NCBI RefSeq assembly: GCF_006345805.1
Contig: NC_043004.1
Coordinates: 30,318,001 to 30,382,000 of the forward strand
Length of the DNA: 64,000 bases
Reading direction: 5' to 3'
Source of the DNA: Octopus sinensis
Lineage: Eukaryota
Position 1 is the first letter of the stretch. Every line of letters begins with the position of its first letter. Positions 24,746 to 39,180 of this stretch are shown piece by piece. A program made the translations under genes and the position numbers. Below the pieces are notes generated by a model. The model was not told the origin of the DNA. It did not search any database and saw only the letters and a program-made list of their open reading frames with translations.

Positions 24746-26664
24746 TCCACACTCCCTTGTAAGCCCTAGGAATTAACATCAAAGTCTCTTTATGTACTGA
24801 GGGTAATTATATAGTTATTGCTATATTAATCTTTGGCCTTAACAAAACTCCATACCATGGGATGGATTGGGATTAAACTAGGCAAGACAGGAGTGTTAAC
24901 TTTTTGAGACATAACATACACACACCCTCTGCACATGCATGTGTGTACCTATATTTATGTAAAGCCAATGCTGTGCCAAAAAAGCATACTTCAATGATTC
25001 AATAACCAGAGATCGATAAATTATGTACCAAGCTGAACAAAATACTGGAGTTGATACAATCAACTAAACCCCCTTTGAGATGGTGCTCCAGCATGACCAC
25101 AGTCCACTGATTGAAACCAGTAACAGAACAAAGAATAAACAATTTCATAAGGGGAAAAAAATCAAGAATAATATTCTCATATGTCCTTACCATCTGTACT
25201 ACTATTAATAATAATACTCACTAGATATAATTATTCTTCTCCCTTCATCTTCAATACTTGACTAAACAACATAACCAGTTAAATTATATAATACCACCTA
25301 TATAAAATAATTCTTGTTCCCCATCCATCTTCACTCATGTTTTCTACATCTAACTAAACATAAGAAATTATAATAATGCTTATATATAATAATGTTTCCC
25401 CACACCCACTTCTCCAACCATGTTGTCTCCACTTAAGTAAAGAACATAAGCAGTTAAATTTTAAATTATTTCATCTCTCCCTGTCCATCTTAAAAATAAA
25501 AGCAATATACTGTATTAATGTTCAGAATCTATTAGAAAATGTTGTTATCTTTTGACACTGAGAACACTGAAAGACAGAGAATGGCATTAAAATGAATGTG
25601 CTGTCTAGTCAATTTACATTTTTAATAACAAAAATGTATTTCTCTCTCTCTCTTTAAAGGAGTCAAAATAATTTATGCCTGCCATTATTTGCTTCATAGT
25701 AATAGTAATTCCTTCATTTACATAACGGTATTGATTGTCTTTTTTTCTTTTTCTTCTCTTTCGCTGCTTTATTCTTGTTCAAGATGCTGAAAATGCTTCT
25801 TGATTTTGGTAGGCAAAAACATTAAAAAATTCTTTTAAATTACAGATGTTGTTAATGCTGTTTCAATTTATATATAATTAGCATAATGTTAACGAATACT
25901 GTTCATTTACTTGTCATCCTTATGAAAATGTCGGAAATCATATTAAACATTGATACATTGGAATTATCAAGCAGTACTTAACAAATAAAATGCAGCCTTA
26001 TAACTATTTTCTAATATTCCAGCTTGAGTTTATTGTTACCAACACAATAGCTTAATTTCTTGCATTTCCTTTCAGCCTATCTTACATTATCCTTACTGAA
26101 TTACACAATATGTTAGGCTTCCTAATTCCATCTGTTAGTATTATTATAAACTTCTTACTGAAGTTATTTTCTTTCTTACACATGGATCTTTTCTATGTAA
26201 CCATTTATAATATGTATGGATCTTATCAATCTTGATAATACTGCTTCACAAACATAAATTCTATATGTGAGTTATTAGACATTATAACTCATCTTTGAAT
26301 TAGTAAATGTAACTTACATGTGTGTTATTAGATATTTAGAAGCTCATACGTGAATTATAAGACATTATAACTTATTTAATATGTACATCCTGCTTCTTAG
26401 AATAGGTAACGTTGTAACTATTTGTGTTGTATGAGATGGTTAAATTGCTTTACATCAGGTGAGGTTTTTACGTATGAAACACTGCCTCAAAATGTCCTGT
26501 CCAATCCATGTTGGCATGGAAAAAGCTGATTTAAAAACAAAAGGTTGATGGATAATATAGAAAACATTCATGTGTAAACTATACTCATGGATGTATAGAT
26601 TACATTATATTGTTTTTAATGTTACCTACAGATGCTACCTACATATTATAAAGTTATACATGAA

Positions 26665-27068
26665 TATTACACATGACTCCCCAAAAGATTGTTTTATAGC
26701 AAACTGGCAGAAGGAAAGTGCACACAAAGTGGACAGAAAAATGCTTCAAAGATACACTCACTGAAGTGCTTTCAGGAAATGTAAACACCTGGGAAATGTA
26801 AGAAGAAGGCTGCCCTGCCTGGCATAGCTGCATCAACAGAGGTGCCACCTTCTATGAACAGAACAGGATCATGGGAGCACAAAGAAAACACGAGAGGCAC
26901 AAGTTCAGAGCCAACTCCTTGCCTTCATTCCCAGCAGGCCACCAGTTCCTGACTTGTGGCAGAGCCTCTGAGTGCACATTGGATTGATTGGCCACAGCTG
27001 GACACAGCATGACTCATCTTCTCCCATGTAATGACCTTGGTCATCATTGATGATGATGGACAAACAGG
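26665..27068 (+). mobile_element. RTE (BovB-like) LINE 3' end
   Basis: Frames give PKRLFYSKLAEGK..SGQK.CFKDTL, PAWHSCINRGATFYEQNRI..RK..RHKFRANS and CGRA..IGLIGH, ending gatgatgatggacaaaca. Confidence 0.8.
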
Positions 27069-27578
27069 AAGGAGGATGCATGGTTGTTGCCTACATGTTT
27101 ATAATGTTACACATGAATGTTTCCCACATGTTGATAATGCTTCAAACTGAATGTCTCCTATATGTAATTTTCAATGACAAAAAAAATTCATGTAAATTAT
27201 AGATATTTCTATGTGCCATTGAAAATACTTCACACGGATCTTTTCAATTATTATGTTTTAAACTGATAATTAGTGGTGGTGGTGGTGGTGGTAGTGGGAT
27301 ATTAACAAATACCATCATTCACCTATTCTTTAGACATTAACAATCCAAAACAAAGAATTTCCTTCTTTATTACAAGGAACAACAATTAATCCACCACCAT
27401 CCCCTGCCAAACACCACCACATTGCCATCGATGTCTTTAGTACAGTCCACTCTGTTGAAAACATTGAAAAGGTGGTTTTTGGTCCAAGGATAACTGCCTC
27501 CACTTCTCACACCATTTTGTAGAAAAGTTTGTTAAAAAATATATATTAGTGACAGAATCAGTATTAATGCTGAGAGAT

Positions 27579-27734
27579 AATATTTATCTCCACTTAAATG
27601 CAGATGTTCGGTTAGAACAAACTATACTGTAATAGATACTCTTAGAGCTTCTCTCATGAGAGTTTCTCTCATGGTATCTATTGCAGTATAGTTTGTTCTA
27701 ACAGAACATTCATGTTTAAGTGGGGATAAATATT
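27579..27734. mobile_element. Small foldback element with about 60-bp arms
   Basis: aatatttatctccacttaaa..gttagaacaaactatactgtaatagatac pairs with gtatctattgcagtatagtttgttctaac..tttaagtggggataaatatt. Confidence 0.75.
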
Positions 27735-28916
27735 ACCACTTAGAAGTTGATTGGTGCTGCCCTTTCTTGCATGTCTAACTATATTTGATGTGTTATATCT
27801 GAGAGTTGTTAATACAACCAAGTCTGGTTTATGAATATATCAGGTTTTTTTTTATATATATACTGGACATATCAAGCTGAGAAGAAAGAAAGGAAATAAA
27901 ACTTTACATTCTCTCTCCCACACACATACACACACTTACACACACTCTCTCTCTCTCTCTCTCACTTTCTCACACACACTCTTTCCCGCATACGCACACT
28001 CTTTCCCTCATACACACACTTTCTCTCACTCAGATTCCATCTCTCTTTCTTCCTTCGAAAATATTACTGAAAATACTGAGAGAGAGACAGGGTTTAATCT
28101 CAAACCCTCTTCTTTTGAATCAAATCCTTCCAGTGTTGTTGTGTGGTTTTGGGTTGAGAGTATTCACTTTGAACTAAACACTACAACATCCTCTGTCTTA
28201 TTTATCTGCCAGGAAAACAAGAAGGACAACTGTAAGAGAGGGAGCAAGAGGAAGAGCAGGAGAGAAAATGGGAGAGAGAGAGATAGGAAGATAGAGAAAA
28301 TGAGATAAAGAGAGGGAATGAGAACAATTTAGATGTGAGTCCGAGAAGTAAATGGACGTATTTATGTTATTTTATTATAGCCCTTGGTGTTGTGGTTGGT
28401 TGGATCATTTCAGAGGAGAGATTTCAGTGAGGGAATCTACTCATTATTTATCATTACTGGAAGTAATTTGTGCGTATGTATATGTATGCACATACGCGTA
28501 TGTGTGTGTTTACACGTGCACACATGCACATTTGTGTCTCTGAGTATGCATTTGTGTGTGTGTATGTAATTGAACATTAAACCATTCTCCACATCACAAG
28601 AATAGTTTATCAATACATACCCAGAGGACCACCCCGCCTCCCTCTGACCACTGCGTTTCTTTAATTCTAGTCGCACATCCTTATTACTTATCTAATTACA
28701 TACTCAATTCGCTTTCCTTTATCATCTGGCCATGTTTAATCCCTAGGGACAAATTACCACTAATTTGTCAAACACTAATCATCATTTATTACCTGGGAAT
28801 ATTTTCCATTTTAGATTCCACTCCACATGGCAACCAATATCTCTGCAGTATTTTAGGAATCTCATGATAAAATAAATGAAATTAAAACTCTGCTGACATT
28901 ATGTAATCACCAACCA

Positions 28917-28955
<39 letters not shown>

Positions 28956-29029
28956 TACTACTAATATTGCCATTAACCGTCACTGCATCATCATCAACAT
29001 CATCATCATCATCATCATCATTATCATTA

Positions 29030-29620
29030 TTAAGGCAGCAAGCTGGCAGGATTTTTGGCATGTTGGACGTGGTAAGTAGCTTGCTTATGAACCACATGGT
29101 TCCGGGTTCAGTCTTACTGCATGGTACCTTGGGCAAGTGTCTTCTAATATAGCCTCGGCCCGACCAAAGCTTTGTGAGTGGATTTAGTAGACAGAAACTG
29201 AAAGAAGCCTCTCGCATATATGTATACATATATATATATGTGTGTGTGTGTGTGTTTGTCCCCCCAATATCCCTTGACAACCGATGCTGGTATGTTTATG
29301 TCCTCGTAAACTAGCGGTTCGGCAAAAGTGACCAATAGAATAAGTACTAGGCTTACAAAGAATAAGTCCTGGGGTCGATTTGCTTGACTAAAGGTGGTGC
29401 TCCAGCTTGGCCACAGTCAAATGACTGAAACAAGTAAAAGAGTAAAATGCTTAGCATCATTTCATCCATCTTTACATTCTGGATTCAAATTCCACCAAGG
29501 TCAAGTTTGCCTTTCATCCTTTCAGGGGTCGATAAAATAAGTGCCAGTTGAACACTGGGGGGTGGGGGCGATGTAAACGACTCATCCCCCCTCCCAAACT
29601 TGTGCCAAAATTTGAAAGCA
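29030..29620 (+). mobile_element. OK-like SINE nested inside a short SINE with an RTE-5'UTR-like core
   Basis: taaggcagcaagctggcagga (short-SINE head), then OK-like body 29065-29445, then aaatgcttagc...gtcaagtttgcctttcatcctttcaggggtcgataaaataagt (rest of the short SINE). Confidence 0.65.
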
Positions 29621-30010
29621 TTGTTATTGTTACATCATTATTGTCAACATAAGCTGGCATTCAAACCCTATGTCATCATCATCATCGTCATCATTATCAT
29701 CACCACTACCATTGACACCTGTAGTAGCAGCAGCAGTACAAGCACCACCACCACCACCACCACCACCACCACCACCACCACCACCACTACTATAACGTGA
29801 GGTTGAGAGACTGATACAGTAAGTGGGTTTATATAGAAGTGAATGAGTGCAGGCATGGATGGGTAGTTAATAAGTTTGCTTTTCAATCACATAATGCTTA
29901 GGATTCAAACACTTCTTGTCATCTTATACCAAAGTCTTTTTCTGCTATAAGCTTTAAATTTTCCAGAACCTTGTAAGTTAAATTGGTAGACAGTAAATGT
30001 TTGGAAATCA

Positions 30011-30057
<47 letters not shown>

Positions 30058-30264
30058 AAATATAAGATCCAGGGATTGAGGTGTAGGAAGAAAGTTAGCT
30101 TTAAAGCAATCCATAGTAAATATAAAAAAACAACTTTCAGGAACAATAGTGGTTTATTGAGAAGGAGAGTTGTGGATTTTTTGTATCAAAGTATGATAAT
30201 CTGAAAAATTCTTTTAATATTTCATGGTAGGCAACCAGGGTTGCCAAGTATGTGAATCAGAAGA

Positions 30265-30490
30265 TAAGAGTTGAGGAATGGAGTGGATAAAATCTGGGCG
30301 ACATATGTTTCATAGTGAGTGAAACCTCAGAAGTGAGATGTATCCTGCAAGCTACTCGTCAGGCTATGGGTATCTTGATTAAATAAAAGTTTACATTGTC
30401 ACAAGGTGCATGTTAACACATGTACCGCCTTGTGACAATGTATGAAACACATGTAGCCCAGATTTTATCTACTTCATTCCTCAACTCTTA
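30265..30490. mobile_element. TA-flanked MITE with about 50-bp TIRs and an internal hairpin
   Basis: taagagttgaggaatggagtggataaaatctggg / cccagattttatctacttcattcctcaactctta; internal cattgtcacaagg...ccttgtgacaatg stem. Confidence 0.78.
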
Positions 30491-30964
30491 TATATATATA
30501 TATACACACACACAGACACAGACACACACACATATATGTATACCCATATGCACATGTATATATATGTATGTATACTTATATGTACATATGTATATACATA
30601 TATGTGAGAGTGTGTGTGTGTGTGTATTTTCCTTAGTCTTTGGTATCATTTGTTTCCAGTTGTCCACATGATGATGCTTTGATGTTTATTGTTCAATAAA
30701 CAGAGGATTATTAACTTGTTTGGAAACATGTGAAAGTTGGCATCAGGAAGAACATCTGGCCATAAAAATTCTACTCCTGTACAATCTCATCTGACCCATG
30801 CAAGCATGAAAAAGGGGAAGTTAAACCAATGATGAGGATGATGATATTGATAATATGTATATACACTATGCTAATTGATTAATTATTATATATTCTGTCA
30901 TTTATCACCACCCAATCACCTTAATTCCATGTTCTTTAGGTTATACTATATAAGGTGATATAGA

Positions 30965-31185
30965 AGACCCCCTTCAGTCATGAATGACCATGGGATCGCA
31001 TCTAGAAAGTTCCCCACTGAGGCACAAGTTCAGGCAAGATTATGGAAGACACAGCTTGATACCAGTGATGTCACAACTCATTTCTACAGCTGAGTGAACT
31101 GGAACAACGTGAAATAAAGTGCCTTACTCAAGAACACAACACTCAGCCTGGTCCAGGAATTGAACTCACTACCTTATGATTGAGA
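30965..31185 (-). mobile_element. CORE-like tRNA SINE
   Basis: Minus strand ggtagtgagttcaattcctggacc...gttcttgagtaaggcactttatttcacgttgttccagttcactcagctgtagaaatgagt; same core as 36543-36835. Confidence 0.6.
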
Positions 31186-31253
31186 TGACAGATAATATGT
31201 AGACTGTGTTAAATGATAACTGATTAGAAACAGCATAACAAACAAAGTGATAT

Positions 31254-31722
31254 CTTGCACAGAACATTGACCTCCTGGAATCTGTCCAGAGACGTGCAAC
31301 CAAACGCATACCCTCCATCAGACACCTACCATATTCTGAGCGCCTTGTTTCCCTGGGCATGGATTCACTGAAGCTCCGGCGTTTGGCGACGGACTTGGTA
31401 AACACCCACAAAGTTATCAACCACCTCACCAACAACAACACTGAACACCTTTTTGATCTCCATGTGTCTAACACACGTGGACATGCCTACAAAGTCAGAA
31501 AACAATACAGCTCCCATGACTTTCGGAAACATTTTTTCACGCTCAGAGTTGCTGAAGCATGGAATAAACTGCCTGCGTCAGTTGTTGACTGCCATGACAC
31601 TGCATCTTTTAAGGCCCTCATGCTTTCCGAAATCCGCCGAAACTACACCTGATTATATATACACTTTAGATGAGTTGTAGTGCACCTGAGCACTGTACAC
31701 AATTATTATTATTATTATTATT
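31254..31722 (+). mobile_element. 5'-truncated CR1-clade LINE, 3' end with (ATT)n tail
   Basis: Uninterrupted 133-codon frame 31254-31652: LESVQRRATKRIP..LPYSERL..L..DSLKLRRLATDL..TRGH.YK..RKHFFTLRVAEAWNKLP, then a short 3' UTR and (ATT)n. Confidence 0.92.
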
Positions 31723-33668
31723 ATCTATTAATCTTTATAGCAAATGTATTATTGATTTTTGATGTGACACATTTTGTTGGTGAAGTTGATTAAATCAAAT
31801 TTAATATATTACTGGTATATATTTTAATGAACCTAGAGTGAAAAAAATATAAAGTCCTTCCCTTCAGTGATTTGAACTCTAAGCAGTGAATACCGAACTA
31901 TTTATAGTAGAGCAGTTGCAGTGAATGTATTGTCCCTCTGCAACTGGTGTTTCTAATACATCAATGGAAAGATAATACTATTAATAAAATGCCATTTAGT
32001 ATGTAGTGGTTGTGTGTATATCATTATTAAATATTCTTCAATCAATTTTATGTTTCCGCAAAAATATAAAGAAAATAATGAAAAAAAAAAGGTAAAAACA
32101 TTCTTCTACTTTTCACATTTAGAAAACAGAATTTTTTTTACCAAAAATAAAAAATAAATAAATGTTGAAAAGCAGTGTTTTGTACAACATCGTTTCAATA
32201 TTGACAAATATTTCCTTACTAAAATATAATCAGTGGTTCTCAAATTTCTAAACAAACTGGAGTCAATAATTCAGAGCATGATGGGAATGTCGGCAAAATG
32301 GCAGATGGAATTACACACCATCACTAGTTTCAGGGAGAATAAACTTAATAGACTTAAAATAAACAAATAAATGTTTATTTATTGAATTTATGGGAATTTT
32401 TTTTAGAAAATAGAATAATTCTAAAATTGGACAGACTTTGGTAATTTTCATACCTTTCAATAAATTATGGCTATGTGGTTAAGAAGCTTGCTTCCTAACC
32501 ATATAATTTTGGGTTCAGTTTCAGTATGTAGCACCTTGAGAAAATGTCTTCTACTATAGCCTGGTGGGGGCCAACCAAAGCCTTGTGAGAAGATCTGGTT
32601 GACACACTGAAAAAAATGCCCTTCATACATACACAAACACACATATACATACACATATGTATGTGTGTATGTGTTTTTATGTATCCTAGTATAGACATCA
32701 CACGATGGTTGTAAATGAACATATTTTCACAATGCTGTTAATGACTTGTCTTTCTAATTTCTTAATTAGCAGTGTCTTTGCTGCTTTGGAGAAGCTGCTC
32801 AGTATAGTATCTTAATATATGTTGGTATAAATCTCAATCTATTTAATCCAGGTGGAATAACTGTAGGTTTTTCATCGATGGATGCTTTCATTTTCATTAA
32901 TTTTTGGCCTTATATTTATACCCCACTGGTACCGGTATCATGAAAAATCATGCAGTACATTCTGTAGAGTAGCTGACATTGGGAAAGGCAGCCAGCCATA
33001 GAAACCATGCCAAATCAGGCATGGGAGCTCAGCACGATCCTCTGGATCATAGGATACTGTCAAACAATCCAACCTATACCAGCATGAATGACAGACATTA
33101 AATGATGACAATGATGATAGTAATATTAGCTGGGTAATTTATTTCAGTTACTGCATGCAATTTCTTTCCTCTTTCCCAGACTATTATACCTGGTCTGTTA
33201 TGCTTCCACTTTATTAAGGTCTTCATTACAATACACCACAAATATCCTTTCACATGAATGCTCATGCCCTCCACATCATGTAATTTCTTATATATTTTCA
33301 ACCTCAATTTTACCCTTCCACACATTGCATTATACAATGCAATGCATCCAAACATTATACAATGTTCTGACCATGACATCATGCTTCATATTAAAATGAT
33401 ATTGGGATGACATTGAAAGAGTTAGATATTATATGACCCTAGAGTTAATTATATAGAGTCTGCATTAATGATCATATTCAGGTATGTTTTACCTGTCTGT
33501 CTGTCTTGTTTTGTACATCAAGTATTTTGTTACTCTCTGTTCCTGTTTGCAAAAACATCACCTTTAAAATGGAAACTAGTGTCCCAACTGTTGGTTTGAA
33601 ATACACTTCTTTGATACCTATTTATGTATGTGTGTGCACATATGCATGCATACATACATGTATGTATG

Positions 33669-33730
<62 letters not shown>

Positions 33731-33746
33731 TGTGTATGTGTGTGTA

Positions 33747-33777
<31 letters not shown>

Positions 33778-36542
33778 ATGTGTAAATATATGTGTGTGTG
33801 TGTATGTATGTATAAATATATGTGTGTGTGTGTGTGTGTGTGTGGATCTGCCTGTATTTATATATGCTTGTATGTGTATGTATGTAAGTTCTCTTCTATT
33901 TTGAATTATTTGAAGTTTTCAATGTAGGGAAGGAGCTCCTTAAACAGGTAAAAGATAAAAAGTAACAAAAAAAAAAGTAAAAAGAAAAAAGATAGGAATT
34001 GTATAAAAAAAGTGTTAAAATATTTTATACTGTAGATGTATAAGCAATCTATTGCACCTAAACTTTAGCAACAAAATCTTATATGGACCCTCAAGGGTCA
34101 TGTGGACCCCAGAATAGAACCACTGGTCTTGGAGAAGGAAACTATGAAATAACACCCAGTTCTTTGTGAAGCTGGAAATCTTGTACTTGTTTTTTTCTGG
34201 ATAACTCAGTTTTTAGGTGAAAATCTTAATGATATTGTACAAGCTTTTATTGACTTTAAATTTCAGCACAGGTATTGCTAACAGCTATTGCCTTTAGCAT
34301 TTAGGATAAGGTAATTTGTTAGTGATGGTCATATTTGTGTATGATTTGATAACCACCATGTATGTATGTTTATAAATATGTATGAATTTCTGTATGCTGT
34401 GTTCTATGGTATAATGAACCAGTGCAAATAGTGAGATATATTTGTCCATGGAAGGGTTTTATTGCATTAAGAAACACAATTAACAGTACTGGTGATGGTA
34501 CAGAAATTGTTCACCAGTGAATTATTATAGACTGTTGTCTTATAAGCAGTGTATCAAATCTTTAAACCAACAAGCAGAGGTATTTTATTGGATTACCTTG
34601 GGCAGGTTTAGTCAGATAAACCTGACATGTTTATACAGTTTAATGTAAACAGAATTGATTGTGTTAACGACTAGATAAATACTGGGATTAATTGATTTAA
34701 GACAAAGATGATATTCTTTGCAAAACAGATAATAATTAATTGAATTAGCAAAAATATAACACAGGGAAATATTAAATATAACACCTTAATTAAATAATAC
34801 AAGCTGATTTAATTGAGTTAGTAAAAAGATAAAGTATAAGGATTTATTAATTTAGCCAAACATTAATAATTAATTGAATTAAGGCTTAAAAGAGGGATTA
34901 AGTATGATGAGGTTTTAAAATTGATTTAACTGTATTCTGAAACTAAATTGAATTAACCTACATAGATGTTGTTAGGCCTCATGAAAAGTTAAGATACCGT
35001 TATGCTTTAAGTTAACATCCGAAAGAAACTAACATACTTAGAGGAAAATAAAAATACTGTTTTGTTGCTCTTCAAGGAATGATGGTCCGTCTGTCTGCCT
35101 GTTTGTCTGTCTGTCTCTCTCTCTCTCTCTCTGTCTCACACACACACACACACATAGTTTCATTACTTTGTTTATAAACCTGAGTACACTGATGATTAAA
35201 CGTTAATTATTTCTGTTTATTTAATCACTAACGATTCAAACTATAAACGAATAAAAACACAATTTTTTACTCTTTTAAATTATGTAAGTTTAAAGACGAA
35301 AATTTTAATTACCACAATGTAATTACTGACAGTATTAATAAGCCACAAAAACGAATGTCATTTAATTTATGAACACTTTAGAAAAAAATGTATTTTAATT
35401 TTGATATTCAATATTCTACTCTGAGTAAGAGCTATTGTAATAACTATTTCATTATATCTGCTGATGATCTGTTGTGTTGGGTAAATGAGAAAGCTTTGCA
35501 TCAGAGATGTAGTCATGGATAGTCCAGCTGTATAAGCTGAAGTGAACTTTTTGACCCATAGCTACTGCGTGGCACTTTGGGCAAGTGTCTTCTATGGGGT
35601 TGACTAAGGCCTTGTGAGTGGTGTTGGTAGATGGAAACTGAAAGTAGGCTGTCATATATATGTATATTTGTATGTGTGAGTGTATATGTGTGTGCGTGTT
35701 TGTGTATATGTAGTGGTAGTAATGCTACTACTGCTGCTGTTGATGATAATGATGATGATGATGATGCACTAATTGTTCCTTGCACCCCACTACATGGCAG
35801 ATTTCATCTAACAATAGCAGTTTGCAGCAGATCGAGAAAATTTATTAATTCATCACTTCATACTGTTGTTACTCCTCTGAATCTATTATTCTATATTCGT
35901 CTCTGTCATCTGTGTTTAGAGATAATGAGATGGTTAAATAGAGAGATAGGAGGGAATAGCGATGTTGGGTACACCCACATTTACTCAGCTTGTGCCTTGT
36001 GGGGCCATTTGGGCACTTAATCGCCATTATTTATCTTTTCAGCTCCCACAGACCATTTCCTCTTTCTCTCTCCCCCTTTCTCCTAGATGTGAATAGCTAT
36101 GCAAAGCTCTCTACAGGAACCTGCTCTGTTCCCCCAACCTCATAACAATCCCCTTGTCCCTTAGCATGAAGCCAACATCCTACCTTCTCCATGGTTCATA
36201 GTCCTGTGATTTGCATGGCAACCCCAATAGTAGAGTCCACAAAAAAAAAGCACCCAATCCATGCTGTAAAGTGGTTGGTATAAGGAAGGGTATCCCGCTG
36301 TTAAAACCATACCAAATTAGAGCTAGATGCACTCCTTGGACACATTGGTTCCAATCCAAACCATTCAACCTATGCCAGCATGGAACATGGATATTAAATG
36401 ACAATGATGATAGCTTGTTATGATGTAGCTTGTTAATAGTAAGGTAATAATTTTAGTAACCTTAATTTCACTCCATAATTGATAGCATCTCAGCATGTTT
36501 GGGGAGTAAATAGAGTTTTGTTATGGTGTTGTTGTTGCTAAT

Positions 36543-36831
36543 GAAGGCACACATGACTCAGTGGTTAGAGTGTTGGGCTCACAATCAGGAAATAGTGAGT
36601 TTGATTCCTGGACTGGGATGTGTATTGCACTTTTGAGCAAGACACTTTTTTTCACATTGCTCAAGTTGACGCAGCTGTAGAGATGAGTTGTGATATCACT
36701 GGTGCCAAGCTGTATCAGTCTTTGCCTTTCACTTGGATAACATCAGTAGTGTGGAGAGTGGAGGCTGGTATGAATGGGCAACTGCTTGTCTTCCATAAAC
36801 AACCTTGCCTGGACTTGTGCTTTGGAGGGGA

Positions 36832-36835
<4 letters not shown>
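36543..36835 (+). mobile_element. CORE-like tRNA SINE
   Basis: tgactcagtggttagag head, gagtttgattcct B-box-like, ttgagcaagacactt...cagctgtagagatgagt core; followed by (TTC)n. Confidence 0.6.
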
Positions 36836-36862
<27 letters not shown>

Positions 36863-36908
36863 CTTCTTCTGTTGTTGCTAATGCATTGACAATGGTGTAC
36901 ATATATGT

Positions 36909-36959
<51 letters not shown>

Positions 36960-38432
36960 TGTGTGTGTATACTATGTCTGCAGTACCTAGTAGTAACATA
37001 TACCATGCATACTGTCGTTATTTTGTAGTAGTTCTCTGTTTGTATGAAGCCTTGTCCTCATCATGAGCGGGGCAAGTATGTTCAATCTATATCAATTTTA
37101 AAGTGATGACTTTGAAATGTTATATGTAGTTTCATAGTTATTTTTCCTGTCAAAGTTCTTCAACATAATAAACTTCCAATTTATTACATTGAAGCTTAAA
37201 CTTATATCTAGAATGGCAAATATATTTATACATGTTATCTTATATTTTTTGCTCTGCCTTCACTTTTTGATATTAGTGTAACTCTACTGTATGCTTTTCT
37301 AATTCCTCCCCTCATTTCTCTGGATTATATTTTATCAGTTCCATCTACTCTTAAATATTTGTGATGACAATTCTAGTTTAGTTCTCCGGTTTAAGCAACT
37401 GAATCTAATTTAGTGTTCTCAGTTTTAATTACTTTGGCTCTTCTTCTAGCAACTTTATCACATTTATCTGATGTCTATTCTTACATTATTATTTTTGTTA
37501 GAATATTAAAAACAATTCTTTTTCTTTTTTTTCTTATTGTTATTTATGTTTCCGTTATTGTTGTTATTTTGTTTTATACAACCTGTTCCAAGTTTCACCC
37601 AGAGACTTCAAGAAACAGCATGTTCCCCTCTTTCTCCACCCCTCCTCCTCCTCACTGCTACCACTACCACCTCCACAACCGCTACCACTACCACTATCAT
37701 CAACATCATTAGTATTTTATTGATAATTGTAGAGCTGGAATGGTGATGTGTAAAAGAGGTTTGCACAGTGATAAACGAGACATGAAATGACATGTATCAA
37801 ATTTATTTTAACAGCAGGAAATTAAAAACAGGAGTCGCATTTTATGATAATGTAGTTGGCCTCATAAAGAATATCCTGCAACTACTAAATTGATCAGTTC
37901 AAAGAATGTGTGAACCTATAAAAATGATAATTTATTTAGCAAAGTATGTTGTCAGTTCTTATATCAGAATGGTCAAGTCAATTCCATTGGCACCAGCATT
38001 ATACTAAGTCATATTTCAGTGAGTTATGAAGGTGAAAAGTAAAGATCATCTTATTGGCATTAAACTTGCAAACAAAATGATACAAACGAAGTATCAAAGA
38101 GCTTAGAGCTAAAAAATATTAAGTGTTCAAACCTAAAACCCTTAACAGATCTGAAATAAAGCAGAACTATGAAACATTCATGTTTTATATTTGATATCTT
38201 TTTAATCTAATTTGCATTTGGATCAACATATTTCTTCAGATCTTAAAAGCTGCAGCTTGCTTTCAATGTATATTGATGAAAGTACTGATTAGATATGATA
38301 ATTTGGAAAAGTGATAACAAAAAAAAAAAGGGAAAAGAAAAATAGTAATGTATTAAAATGGTTAATTATAAGTAAGCTTGATGTGAATTCAGATAATTAA
38401 CATATCTACTCTCAATACAGAGGACAGGGGTT

Positions 38433-38471
<39 letters not shown>

Positions 38472-38794
38472 GTCGTCATCATCATCATCATTTAATGCCT
38501 GCTTTTTCATGCCTGTGTGGGTCAGATGGAATTTGTTGTTGAAGATTTTCTATGACTGGATGGCTTTACTGTTACCCACCCACGCATATTTCCAAGCCAG
38601 GAAATTTTTTCCATGACCAAATATTTTTCACAAAAGACTTGAAACAAACAAACAATATCACTTATATGATGATGCTATTTGTTTACTACTATAATGTGAT
38701 GTTAAGACAAGGGTATGCATACTCATGCACACACACACCCACATTTAAACGTGTGAGCTTGGGGCTGCTGCTGCTGCTGCTGATTATGATATCT

Positions 38795-39180
38795 AGGCGT
38801 AGGAGTGGCTTTGTGGTAAGTAGCTTGCTTACCAACCACATGGTTCCAGGTTCAGTCCCACTGCATGGCACCTTGGGCAAGTGTCTTCTGCTAGAGCCTC
38901 GGGCCGACCAAAGCCTTGTGAGTGGATTTGGTAGATGGAAACTGAAAGAAGCCCGTCGTATATATGTATATATATATGTGTATGTTTGTGTGTTGTGTTT
39001 GACCCCCCTCCCCCAACATCGCTTGACATCCCCCGTATCTTAGCGGTTCAGCAAAAGAGACAGATAGAATAAATACTAGGCTTACAAAGAATAAGTCCTG
39101 GGGTCAATTTCCTCAACTAAAGGCGGTGCTCCAGCATGGCCACAGTCAAATGACTGAAACAAGTAAATGAATAAATGAAT
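38795..39180 (+). mobile_element. tRNA-derived SINE (OK-like), near full length
   Basis: aggcgtaggagtggctttgtggtaagtagcttgcttacc head to actgaaacaagtaaa tail. Confidence 0.8.

Noticed and set aside
28620-28680. GC-box-like ccccgcc with a minus-strand GG|GTATGT donor
   Set aside because: No acceptor, CpG island or recognisable peptide; a single motif is insufficient to call a promoter or exon.
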